From NCBI GenBank assembly GCA_944388555.1, contig CALXJH010000128.1, positions 1-32,003 on the forward strand: 32,003 bases of DNA. The letters run 5' to 3'. Shown piece by piece: positions 1 to 8,336 of this stretch (positions within the stretch are counted from its first letter, which is position 1; every line of letters starts with the position of its first letter). The notes beneath the pieces are model-generated. The model was given only the letters and a program-made list of their open reading frames with translations, searched no databases and was not told where the DNA came from. Source of the DNA: an uncultured Clostridia bacterium (GTDB taxonomy: Bacteria > Bacillota > Clostridia > RGIG6154). The position numbers and the translations under genes were made by a program.

Positions 1-501
1 TATGCTACAAGCTTTGCGATTGCAGGTATTCCGCTCACACAACCGATTATGCCGGAAGCGGTTATTGCGCTCGGCTGCGTACCGATTGCAGAATACGGCA
101 CCCCTTCTACAAACGAAATTCCAGATGCTGTAGAAAAATATTTGCAGCACTATGACGCAGTACTTCTGGAAAACCATGGTGCTCTTTCCTATTCTGATTC
201 TCTCTTAAACGCTTATTTTAAAATGGAATCTCTTGAATTTTACGCAGAACTTTTATTCAAATCCAAGCAATTAGGCGGTCCGAAAGAATTGTCTGAAAGC
301 CAGGTTATGCGTCTTTATGAAATCAGAAGACAATTTGGTCTTTCCGGCAAGCATCCGGCTGATTTATGTCTCAATGCAAAAGCTGGAAAAGCAAGCTGTC
401 ATTCTTGCGGCGCATGCGGTAATACTGCGCAAAATTCTGGTGCAGATGCAGATTTAGTTGCTGAAATTACAAAACAGGTTTTAAAACAATTAGGAAAATA
501 A
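1..501 (+). CDS. Class II aldolase/adducin family protein (fuculose/rhamnulose-1-phosphate aldolase-like) with C-terminal encapsulation peptide; 5' end lies outside the window
   Basis: Frame 1 is open from base 1 (YATSFAIAGIPLTQPIMPEA...). It has the AEYGTPST and LLENHGAL class II aldolase motifs, a Cys-rich linker and an amphipathic C-terminal helix DADLVAEITKQVLKQLGK. Confidence 0.9.
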   Translation, partial: YATSFAIAGIPLTQPIMPEAVIALGCVPIAEYGTPSTNEIPDAVEKYLQHYDAVLLENHGALSYSDSLLNAYFKMESLEFYAELLFKSKQLGGPKELSESQVMRLYEIRRQFGLSGKHPADLCLNAKAGKASCHSCGACGNTAQNSGADADLVAEITKQVLKQLGK

Positions 502-538
502 TTCAAATTATTTACATACTTAAAGAAAGGAGACTCTT

Positions 539-1012
539 ATGCGCGAACAAGACTTATCATCCATTGTCGCAGAAGTTATACAATCTGTTTCCTGCATAAA
601 AATGACCCTTTCTCTTGCCGAAAAAATTGCCGGTGCTGTGCAGCAGAAAGCATCCCAAATGGGCGTTAACGCGGTGATTGCTGTTTCAAATGAAGGCGCA
701 CGTCCTATTTTGGTGCATGCCATGGATAATGCTTATATTGCAAGCTATGATATCGCTTTAAACAAAGCGTATACCGCTGTTGCACTCAAGATGTCAACAA
801 AGGAACTGCAATCCTTGTCGCAGCCCGAAAAGCCGCTTTACGGCATTCAGCATACGAACAACGGACAGATTGTTGTTTTTGGCGGTGGTGAAGTGCTGGT
901 TTCTAACGGAAAGATGATTGGCGGCTTAGGTGTAAGCGGCGGAACAGAAGAACAGGATACCGCGCTTGCAGCATATGGCAAAGCGTTCTTTGACAAGGAG
1001 TTTGCCTTATGA
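539..1012 (+). CDS. GlcG/HbpS (PduO C-terminal-like) heme-binding protein with N-terminal encapsulation peptide
   Basis: Motifs IALNKAYTA, VVFGGG and IGGLGVSGGTEEQD; N-terminal helix EQDLSSIVAEVIQSV; RBS AAGGAG upstream. Confidence 0.88.
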   Translation: MREQDLSSIVAEVIQSVSCIKMTLSLAEKIAGAVQQKASQMGVNAVIAVSNEGARPILVHAMDNAYIASYDIALNKAYTAVALKMSTKELQSLSQPEKPLYGIQHTNNGQIVVFGGGEVLVSNGKMIGGLGVSGGTEEQDTALAAYGKAFFDKEFAL

Positions 1013-2505
1013 TAAACTCGTTTCAGGTTCCGGATGGCCTTCAGATTATACAAACACAAACACCGGAACTTCTATCCTTTGACCTAATTGAAAGGGGCGG
1101 CTACCTGCTCTCCGAAAAAGAACAGCAGCAATTGTTTTCATTTGCGGATAAGCCATGCACATTTTCAGTTGCCTTAGCGAAAATAAACGGCGTATCCGTA
1201 CAAAAACCGCAATTTTTTATTGCAAGGAATCTAACATCGGAAGAAAAAAACAAAAAAATTTATGTGCCGGTAATCGGCATACAAAAAATATTAGACAGGA
1301 GAATGACTATGGATATGAACGCAGACAAAATTCAAGAAATTGTCAAACAAGTTCTGTCTCAGATAGATGGCGCTCCTGCTGCTTCCAAAACATCCCGGGA
1401 TATTCCGAAAACCAGCCGCGCGGCTATGCTTACCAAGCTGGAACATTATGAAATCAAAGAATATCCAATCCCTGAAATTGGGGATGATGACATTTTGGTT
1501 AAAGTGGAAGGTTGCGGAATCTGTGGAACAGACGCACATGAATTCAAAAGAGATCCTTTTGGCTTAATTCCGCTGGTATTAGGACATGAGGGAACAGGCG
1601 AAATTGTAAAAATGGGTAAAAATGTCACCAAGGACAGTGCAGGAAATCCCTTAAATATCGGCGACAAAGTTGTCACCTGTATGATTTTTAAAGACAATCC
1701 TGATATTACCATGTTTGACCTGAACAAACAAAATGTCGGCGGTGCAGATGTTTATGGTTTGCTTCCCGACGACGATGTGCACCTCAACGGATGGTTTGCT
1801 GATTATTTGGTCGTACGCAAAGGTTCTACAATATTTAATGTAAGCGATTTATCGTTGGATTTAAGAATTTTAATCGAACCATGCGCCGTTTTAGTACATG
1901 CTGTTGAACGTGCAAAAACAACCAATATTCTTCGCTTTAACAGCCGCGTTGCTGTGCAAGGCTGCGGTCCCATCGGTTTGATCTGCATTGCGGTGCTGCG
2001 CACAATGGGTATTGAAAATATCGTTGCCATCGACGGTGAAGACAAACGTCTTGATTTTGCCAAAGAAATGGGCGCAAATGCAACCGTGAATTTTAAAAAC
2101 TACAGTGATCAGTCTTCTTTGGCAAACGCTGTCCAAGACGCTTTTGGCGGAAAATTGGCAGACTTTGCATTCCAGTGCACGGGCTCCCCTGTGGCACACA
2201 GCAATATTTATAAATTTATTCGCAATGGCGGCGGGCTTTGTGAACTTGGCTTCTTTATCAACGGCGGAGACGCAACCATCAATCCGCATTTTGATATCTG
2301 CGCGAAAGAAATCACAACGGTTGGCTCCTGGGTATATACCCTTAGGGATTACGCCACGACTTTTGACTTTTTAAAACGGGCAAAGGGCATCGGACTTCCA
2401 TTAGAAAAACTGATAACCCACAAATTCCCGCTTGAACAAATCAATGAAGCACATATTACAAACCTGAAAATGGAAGGTTTGAAAATTGCAATAATAAATG
2501 AATAA
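1009..2505 (+). CDS. Zn-dependent (MDR family) alcohol dehydrogenase of the BMC. The core probably starts at 1309, with an in-frame 100-aa N-terminal extension from 1009.
   Basis: CGICGTDAH, GHEG and GCGPIG motifs; encapsulation peptide ADKIQEIVKQVLSQI after the internal RBS AGGAG (1297-1301). An upstream RBS AAGGAG (995-1000) and an ATGA overlap support a start at 1009. Confidence 0.88.
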   Translation: MINSFQVPDGLQIIQTQTPELLSFDLIERGGYLLSEKEQQQLFSFADKPCTFSVALAKINGVSVQKPQFFIARNLTSEEKNKKIYVPVIGIQKILDRRMTMDMNADKIQEIVKQVLSQIDGAPAASKTSRDIPKTSRAAMLTKLEHYEIKEYPIPEIGDDDILVKVEGCGICGTDAHEFKRDPFGLIPLVLGHEGTGEIVKMGKNVTKDSAGNPLNIGDKVVTCMIFKDNPDITMFDLNKQNVGGADVYGLLPDDDVHLNGWFADYLVVRKGSTIFNVSDLSLDLRILIEPCAVLVHAVERAKTTNILRFNSRVAVQGCGPIGLICIAVLRTMGIENIVAIDGEDKRLDFAKEMGANATVNFKNYSDQSSLANAVQDAFGGKLADFAFQCTGSPVAHSNIYKFIRNGGGLCELGFFINGGDATINPHFDICAKEITTVGSWVYTLRDYATTFDFLKRAKGIGLPLEKLITHKFPLEQINEAHITNLKMEGLKIAIINE

Positions 2506-2519
2506 CGGAGGAATGAAAA

Positions 2520-2795
2520 ATGGCATTAGAAGCATTAGGTATGATTGAAACAAGAGGTTTAACCGCAGCAATTGAAGCGGCGGACGCAATGGTTAAAGCC
2601 GCAGAAGTTGTCCTCATCGGCACAGAGAAAATCGGATCCGGTTTGGTAAGCGTTATGGTTCGCGGCGATGTTGGCGCTGTTAAAGCAGCAACAGAAGCCG
2701 GCGCGAACTCTGCACAGCGTCTTGGCGAACTCATTGCCGTACATGTAATTCCAAGACCACACGCAGATGTAGAAAAGATTTTGCCGAAATTTTAA
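2520..2795 (+). CDS. BMC-H shell hexamer (PduA/EutM-like)
   Basis: [10 protein letters not shown]...AADAMVKAA...EKIGSGLV...RGDVGAV...HVIPRPH; RBS GGAGG. Confidence 0.96.
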   Translation: MALEALGMIETRGLTAAIEAADAMVKAAEVVLIGTEKIGSGLVSVMVRGDVGAVKAATEAGANSAQRLGELIAVHVIPRPHADVEKILPKF

Positions 2796-2811
2796 TAGGT
2801 AGGTGTTTTAA

Positions 2812-3177
2812 ATGGCTACTCCAAGAAAAACAACACAAATTGCTGAAGCAATCCAGGAAGCAAAACAAGAAGTTAAAAATATTAAGGAGGAAAAGAAAAT
2901 GGCATTAGAAGCATTAGGTATGGTAGAAACAAGAGGTTTGGTTGCTGCAATTGAAGCAGCAGACGCAATGTTAAAAGCCGCAAACGTACAGCTGATCGGT
3001 ACGGAGAAAATCGGATCCGGATTGGTAAGTGTTATGGTTCGCGGTGATGTTGGTGCTGTTAAAGCTGCTGTTGAAGCAGGCAACGCATCCGCACAAAAAC
3101 TGGGTGAAATCATTGCAACACATGTTATTCCCCGTCCTCATGGCGATGTGGAGAAAATTTTGCCTTCTTTGAAATAA
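2812..3177 (+). CDS. BMC-H shell hexamer (PduA/EutM-like); second start at 2899, with a 29-aa N-terminal extension if translated from 2812
   Basis: BMC domain is a close paralog of the preceding gene. RBS AGGTG (2801-2805) precedes ATG 2812 and AAGGAGG (2884-2890) precedes ATG 2899. Confidence 0.95.
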   Translation: MATPRKTTQIAEAIQEAKQEVKNIKEEKKMALEALGMVETRGLVAAIEAADAMLKAANVQLIGTEKIGSGLVSVMVRGDVGAVKAAVEAGNASAQKLGEIIATHVIPRPHGDVEKILPSLK

Positions 3178-3190
3178 TACATACTAAAAT

Positions 3191-3224
3191 ACGGGAAACC
3201 GCATTTTCCATTGCGGTTTCCCGT
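3191..3224 (+). promoter_or_regulatory. Intra-operon 13-bp perfect stem-loop without a U-tract (mRNA stabiliser or partial terminator)
   Basis: ACGGGAAACCGCA-ttttccat-TGCGGTTTCCCGT, followed by CTAAAC. Confidence 0.7.
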
Positions 3225-3251
3225 CTAAACCACAGAAAGGATGGCTAAGCA

Positions 3252-3515
3252 ATGCTGATAGGCAAAGTAATTGGAAGCGTTGTTTCCACACGAAAAAATG
3301 AGAATTTGGTGGGCAGTAAATTTATGATTGTTGAACCACTAAAAGAAATGAGTAAGCAGGCAGAAAAAATCATTGCCGTAGATAATGTGGGTGCCGGCAT
3401 CGGAGAAATTGTACTTGTCGCACTTGGAAGTGCTGCAAGAATCGGTTGTAACATGGACACAGCACCTGTTGATGCAGCGATTGTAGGTATCGTGGACGAA
3501 AAACCTCAATTATAA
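3252..3515 (+). CDS. eutN: BMC-P vertex pentamer (EutN/CcmL/PduN family)
   Basis: MLIGKVIGSVVSTRK...AVDNVGAGIGE.VLV..GSAAR...DAAIVGIVD. Confidence 0.95.
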   Translation: MLIGKVIGSVVSTRKNENLVGSKFMIVEPLKEMSKQAEKIIAVDNVGAGIGEIVLVALGSAARIGCNMDTAPVDAAIVGIVDEKPQL

Positions 3516-3559
3516 TTTGGTGATTTAAAAAGTTAGAGAAAGGATGGCTTTATTTCGTT

Positions 3560-4900
3560 ATGACAATTGAAGAACTTGCTGAAATTATGAAAAACAACGG
3601 AATATCCGGCGCAGGCGGCGCGGGGTTCCCGGCATATGCCAAACTCAACCCGAACGCTGACACAATTTTGCTCAACTGTGCAGAATGCGAACCTTTGCTT
3701 AAAGTACATCGCCAGGTTTTAAAGACCTATACTTTTGAAATCCTGAGCGGTCTGAATCTTATTGCAAAAACAATCGGTGCAAAGCAGTGTATTGTTGCAA
3801 TCAAAAAATCCTATCGTTCAACTGTTGCCGCAATAGAAGCGCAGCTTCCCGCCTTTCCAAATATAAAAATAGGTATTTTACCTGAAATTTACCCTGCCGG
3901 CGACGAAGTTGTTACCATTTACGAAACGACAGGCAGAGTAGTTGCCCCCGGCAGCATTCCAATTTCTGAAGGTTGCATTGTCTACAATGTTGAAACCGTG
4001 TTAAACGTGTATAATGCTGTATTCCGGCAACAACCGGTAACGCATAAATACATAACCGTAACAGGTGAAGTACACACACCTGCTACATTTCGTGTTCCAA
4101 TCGGAACTTCATTTGAAGCACTGATTCAATTAGCCGGTGGTGCTTCAATAGATTCCTATGTCATTTTATGCGGTGGACCAATGACCGGGACACTTGCACA
4201 AAATACAGATGTTGTGACAAAAACGACCAACGCGCTGATCGTATTACCCAGTAATCATCCAGTCATTATCCAGAAACAAACCAACCAAACCATTAGTGAA
4301 AAAAGAGTGATGAGTGCATGCTGTCAATGCAGAGTATGCACGGATTTATGTTCCCGGCATTTGTTGGGGCATCCAATTGAGCCGCATGAAATTATGCGTG
4401 CAATGTCCAGCGGAAAAGTTGTAAAACCGCAGGCCATTTTAAATGCTGCTTTTTGCTCTGGCTGCGGCATTTGCGAAATGTTTGCCTGCCCGCAATCTCT
4501 GCACCCGAGGACACTGATCCTTGCCTTAAAAGCAGAACTCCGCAAAAACGGCATTGCGGTACCTAAACCAGAATATTCAGCCCCTGTGAACCCGCAGAGA
4601 GACTACCGAAAAGTAGCAAAGGAGCGATTAACTGCGCGGTTAGGGCTTACAAAATATAATACACCTGCCCCTTTGTCTGAAAAAGACTTTCATCCGAAGA
4701 AGGTTAAAATTCTTTTTTCTCAGCACACAGGCGCCCCTTCGATTCCGAATGTGCAGGCAGGTGACTCTGTTGCCGTGGGGCAAGTAATTGCTGTCCCTGC
4801 GGAAAATGCTTTAAGCAATACCATACACGCTTCCATAAACGGAAAAGTCTTATTAGTGAATAAGGAATTTGCCCTTATTGAAGAACAGAAGGAGGCATAA
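3560..4900 (+). CDS. pduS: PduS-like (RnfC-related) flavin/Fe-S oxidoreductase
   Basis: GAGGAGFP, NCAECEP, YPAGDE and GGPMTG motifs; two ferredoxin motifs CCQCRVCTDLC and CSGCGICEMFAC; C-terminal QHTGAP barrel-sandwich domain. Confidence 0.9.
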   Translation: MTIEELAEIMKNNGISGAGGAGFPAYAKLNPNADTILLNCAECEPLLKVHRQVLKTYTFEILSGLNLIAKTIGAKQCIVAIKKSYRSTVAAIEAQLPAFPNIKIGILPEIYPAGDEVVTIYETTGRVVAPGSIPISEGCIVYNVETVLNVYNAVFRQQPVTHKYITVTGEVHTPATFRVPIGTSFEALIQLAGGASIDSYVILCGGPMTGTLAQNTDVVTKTTNALIVLPSNHPVIIQKQTNQTISEKRVMSACCQCRVCTDLCSRHLLGHPIEPHEIMRAMSSGKVVKPQAILNAAFCSGCGICEMFACPQSLHPRTLILALKAELRKNGIAVPKPEYSAPVNPQRDYRKVAKERLTARLGLTKYNTPAPLSEKDFHPKKVKILFSQHTGAPSIPNVQAGDSVAVGQVIAVPAENALSNTIHASINGKVLLVNKEFALIEEQKEA

Positions 4901-4906
4901 GGATTT

Positions 4907-5455
4907 ATGAGCAAAGCAATCGGCATGGCAGAATATCAGACAGTATCTACCGGTATACATGCCGCTGATCTGATGGTCAAAACCGCTAATGTAGAAATCA
5001 TAGAAGCACAGACTGTTTGTCCGGGAAAATACATTGTTTTAATCACAGGAGAATTAAGTGCTGTCCGCGCTGCTGTAGATGCGACGCAAACGTTGTATGG
5101 AGATAAGCTGATCGATCATTTTGTACTTGGAAATCCAGATCCCTCCATATTCCCGGCAATATATGCCGCAAACAACATAGAAAACAAAAACGCTTTAGGT
5201 GTTTTGGAAACCTTTTCTGCCGCCTCTATTATTGTGGCAGCGGATATGGCTGCCAAAACAGCTGACGTTCAATTGATAGAACTGAGAATTGCAAAAGGCA
5301 TGTGCGGAAAATCCTACATGCTGCTGACCGGAGAAGTCGCAGCGGTACAGGCTGCGATTGACCGTGCACAGCAGGAAGTTGGCGCTGGCGGCATGTTCTT
5401 AGATAGTTCTGTGATTCCAAATCCCGACAATAAGCTGTGGGAAACGATACTTTAA
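4907..5455 (+). CDS. pduT: BMC-T tandem-domain shell protein, PduT-like, with Fe-S-binding Cys
   Basis: Two BMC domains; TVCPGKY motif; directly downstream of pduS. Confidence 0.9.
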   Translation: MSKAIGMAEYQTVSTGIHAADLMVKTANVEIIEAQTVCPGKYIVLITGELSAVRAAVDATQTLYGDKLIDHFVLGNPDPSIFPAIYAANNIENKNALGVLETFSAASIIVAADMAAKTADVQLIELRIAKGMCGKSYMLLTGEVAAVQAAIDRAQQEVGAGGMFLDSSVIPNPDNKLWETIL

Positions 5456-5472
5456 AGTAAGAGGTGTGTAAA

Positions 5473-6870
5473 ATGCAAATAAACGAAAAAATGGTACAGG
5501 AAATTGTTGCAAAAGTTGTTGAAAATGTAAACGCTAAAAACATTTCCTCTGCCCCCAGACAAAAAGGGGTATTTACCACCATGACAGAAGCACTTGCCGC
5601 AGTGGAAAAAGCTTATAAGCAATTCCGCGGCTACTCTGTCGCACAGCGCGAACAAATGATTAAAAACATTCGCAAACGCATTTTGGAAGAAGCAGAAACT
5701 TTAGCCGTTTTAGGCGTAGAAGAAACCGGAATGGGTCGCGTCTCTGATAAAATCATTAAACATCAGCTGGTCGCAAATAAAACGCCCGGAACAGAAGATT
5801 TATCTCCGCGTGTTATGACCGGCGACAGCGGTATGACGCTTATTGAAATGGCTCCTTACGGTGTTATTGGCAGCATTACGCCTTCTACCAATCCAAGTGA
5901 AACCGTACTTTGCAATTCTATTGGCATGATTGCAGCCGGAAACGCCGTTGTATTTAACCCACATCCTCACGCTTGCAAAACAGCAAACTATGCAGTAGAT
6001 TTAGTAAACCGCGCTGTTTTAGAAGCCGGCGGACCCGAAAACTTAGTGGTCTCTGTTCAAAAACCCACTATGGATACCTCTAATGAAATGGTAACTTCTC
6101 CTATTGTGCGTATGCTGGTTGCAACCGGCGGGCCGGGTGTAGTAAAAATGCTGCTTTCTTCGGGTAAAAAAGCAATTGGTGCGGGTGCAGGCAATCCTCC
6201 GGTTATTGTAGATGATACAGCCGATGTTGAAAAAGCAGGTGCAGATATCGTTGCTGGTGCAAGCTTTGACAATAATCTTCCTTGCATTGCAGAGAAAGAA
6301 TGTTTTGTTTTCGCATCGGTCGCAGACCGCCTGATTGATTCCATGTGCCGCAACGGTGCCTATTTGATTAAAGGTGCTGATGTTGAAAAACTATTAAAAA
6401 TAGCTTTAATTGAAAAAAATGGCAAGTATGTTATCAATAAAAAATGGGTTGGTAAAGACGCCAAAAAATTCCTAAAAGAACTTGGTATTGATGCTGAGCC
6501 ACGGCTGATTATTTGCGAAACAGAAAACAGCCATCCTTTTGTACAAGTGGAAATGATGATGCCTATTTTGCCTATTGTTCGGGTAGACAACATTGACGAA
6601 GCAATCCAATATGCTGTTGCAGCCGAGCACGGAAATCGTCATTCTGCGCATATTCACTCCAAAAACATTGACCACTTAACCCGCTTTGCGCGCGCTGTGG
6701 AAACCACAATTTTTGTTAAAAATGCACCATCATACGCCGGAATCGGTGCCGGCGGTGAAGGCTATACCACCTTTACCATCGCCGGTCCGACAGGCGAAGG
6801 CTTAACAGCCGCGCATTCCTTTACACGGCAAAGAAGATGTGTTTTGGTTGACGGATTGCATATTGTTTAA
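5473..6870 (+). CDS. pduP: CoA-acylating aldehyde dehydrogenase (PduP/EutE family) with N-terminal encapsulation peptide
   Basis: TPSTNPSET, ATGGPGVV, GAGAGNPP, FDNNLPCIAEKE (catalytic Cys) and TIAGPTGEG motifs. RBS GAGGTG (5461-5466) favours ATG 5473. Confidence 0.95.
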   Translation: MQINEKMVQEIVAKVVENVNAKNISSAPRQKGVFTTMTEALAAVEKAYKQFRGYSVAQREQMIKNIRKRILEEAETLAVLGVEETGMGRVSDKIIKHQLVANKTPGTEDLSPRVMTGDSGMTLIEMAPYGVIGSITPSTNPSETVLCNSIGMIAAGNAVVFNPHPHACKTANYAVDLVNRAVLEAGGPENLVVSVQKPTMDTSNEMVTSPIVRMLVATGGPGVVKMLLSSGKKAIGAGAGNPPVIVDDTADVEKAGADIVAGASFDNNLPCIAEKECFVFASVADRLIDSMCRNGAYLIKGADVEKLLKIALIEKNGKYVINKKWVGKDAKKFLKELGIDAEPRLIICETENSHPFVQVEMMMPILPIVRVDNIDEAIQYAVAAEHGNRHSAHIHSKNIDHLTRFARAVETTIFVKNAPSYAGIGAGGEGYTTFTIAGPTGEGLTAAHSFTRQRRCVLVDGLHIV

Positions 6871-6890
6871 AATTTAATTGAGGTGACAGA

Positions 6891-7247
6891 ATGAACGCAT
6901 TGGGCATGATAGAAGTCTACAGCTTTACAACTGCAGTCTGTGTTGCAGATGTGTGTGCAAAAGCTGCGGAAATAGAAGTGATTGCATTTGACCGAAACCG
7001 TCCGGTTTCTCCCGACGTGCCCGCGCCCTTGGTCATGATTGTAAAAATCAGCGGTGAAGTCGGAGCTGTACAAGCGGCTGTACAAGCCGGGGTTGCTTAC
7101 GCAAAATCCAAAGGAAAATATATCGTATCCCATATTATTGCAAATCCCGGAACGGATGTAGACAAAATGGCTTACTTAATGGATATAAACAAAGACAAAT
7201 TTAATAAAAAACTGCCCAAGACAATGCGAAAGGAGGCAGACGAATGA
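6891..7247 (+). CDS. Divergent BMC-H shell protein with a pore-loop insertion and a basic C-terminal tail
   Basis: ALGMIEV...AD..AKAA...SGEVGAVQAAV...HIIANP; insertion DRNRPVSPDVPAP. Confidence 0.85.
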   Translation: MNALGMIEVYSFTTAVCVADVCAKAAEIEVIAFDRNRPVSPDVPAPLVMIVKISGEVGAVQAAVQAGVAYAKSKGKYIVSHIIANPGTDVDKMAYLMDINKDKFNKKLPKTMRKEADE

Positions 7248-7522
7248 GTGCATCGATTGGTTTACTGGAAGTACAAGGCTTAGTTGCCTCTATCAACGCA
7301 CTGGACGCTATGTTAAAAACTGCCTCTGTTCGTTTGATCCATACCGAAAAGCGTCTGGGCGGCAGGTTGGTTACATTAGTCATTGCCGGAAAAGTGGACG
7401 CTGTAAGCGCAGCTATAGACGCAGGGAAAAAGCAGGCAGAAATTTTAGGAGCGGTATTTGGGGCAGAAGTCATTGCAAATCCCCATGATGAGGTTAAAAA
7501 ATTCTTTGATTTTGAAAGTTGA
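7244..7522 (+). CDS. BMC-H shell protein (EKRLGGRLV pore-type)
   Basis: IGLLEVQGL...DAMLKTA...G.VDAV.AA...VIANPH; ATGA overlap with the upstream gene. Confidence 0.9.
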   Translation: MSASIGLLEVQGLVASINALDAMLKTASVRLIHTEKRLGGRLVTLVIAGKVDAVSAAIDAGKKQAEILGAVFGAEVIANPHDEVKKFFDFES

Positions 7523-7676
7523 TTCTTTGCCAAAAAAAAATAATAGAAACTTTCGAAATGCCGCAAACAAATTATTTGTTTGCCGTCCATTTTATCCTGT
7601 TTCGCATAGCATGATCTTTTTAAAATTATTGTATCGAATTTCAAAACTTTTCGCAACAACAGAAAGGTGAAATCAC

Positions 7677-8309
7677 ATGGATAGCAAAGCAATTGAAAAA
7701 GCAGTACAGGCTGCTGTTTCAGAATATAATAATGAAAAAAATGAACAAGTAAAGATTGGTGTCTCACAAAGACATGTCCATTTATCGCAGGAAGATTTAT
7801 ATACCCTTTTCGGCGATGGATATACCCTTACTAAAAAGAAAACCCTAATGGGTAGAGAATTTGCTGCCGAAGAAGTGGTTACACTGGTAGGACCTTCTTT
7901 AAAAGCTATTGAAAAAGTGCGTGTATTAGGTCCGGTACGCAAACATACGCAGGTGGAAATTTCAAGAACTGATACTTTTGTTTTAAAAGTCAGTCCACCG
8001 GTACGCCCATCCGGAAACATTGAAGGGTCTGAACGTATTGTTATCGTCGGGCCAAAGGGCAGCATTTATCTGAAAGAAGGCGTGATTATCGCAAATCGAC
8101 ACATTCATTTGACACCCTCTTACGCGCAAAAACATGGAATCAAAGACAACGACTATGTCGATGTATTGGTTGAAGGTATTAAACCCACCAAATTTTACGA
8201 TGTGCAGGTTCGTGTACGCGATGATTTTAACGTGGAAATGCACATTGATACAGATGATGCAAATTCGGCAGGTTTAAAAAATGGAGATATTGTTAAAATT
8301 TTAAAATAA
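7677..8309 (+). CDS. pduL: PduL-type phosphate acyltransferase (phosphate propanoyltransferase) with N-terminal encapsulation peptide
   Basis: GVSQRHVHLS, RVLGPVR..TQVEIS.TD, RHIH and EMHIDTDDAN motifs. Confidence 0.95.
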   Translation: MDSKAIEKAVQAAVSEYNNEKNEQVKIGVSQRHVHLSQEDLYTLFGDGYTLTKKKTLMGREFAAEEVVTLVGPSLKAIEKVRVLGPVRKHTQVEISRTDTFVLKVSPPVRPSGNIEGSERIVIVGPKGSIYLKEGVIIANRHIHLTPSYAQKHGIKDNDYVDVLVEGIKPTKFYDVQVRVRDDFNVEMHIDTDDANSAGLKNGDIVKILK

Positions 8310-8336
8310 ACAATTCACAGGTGAGGATGAAATAAA

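Noticed and set aside
2520-3177. Nucleotide repeat between two adjacent segments
   Set aside because: It is simply two paralogous BMC-H genes.
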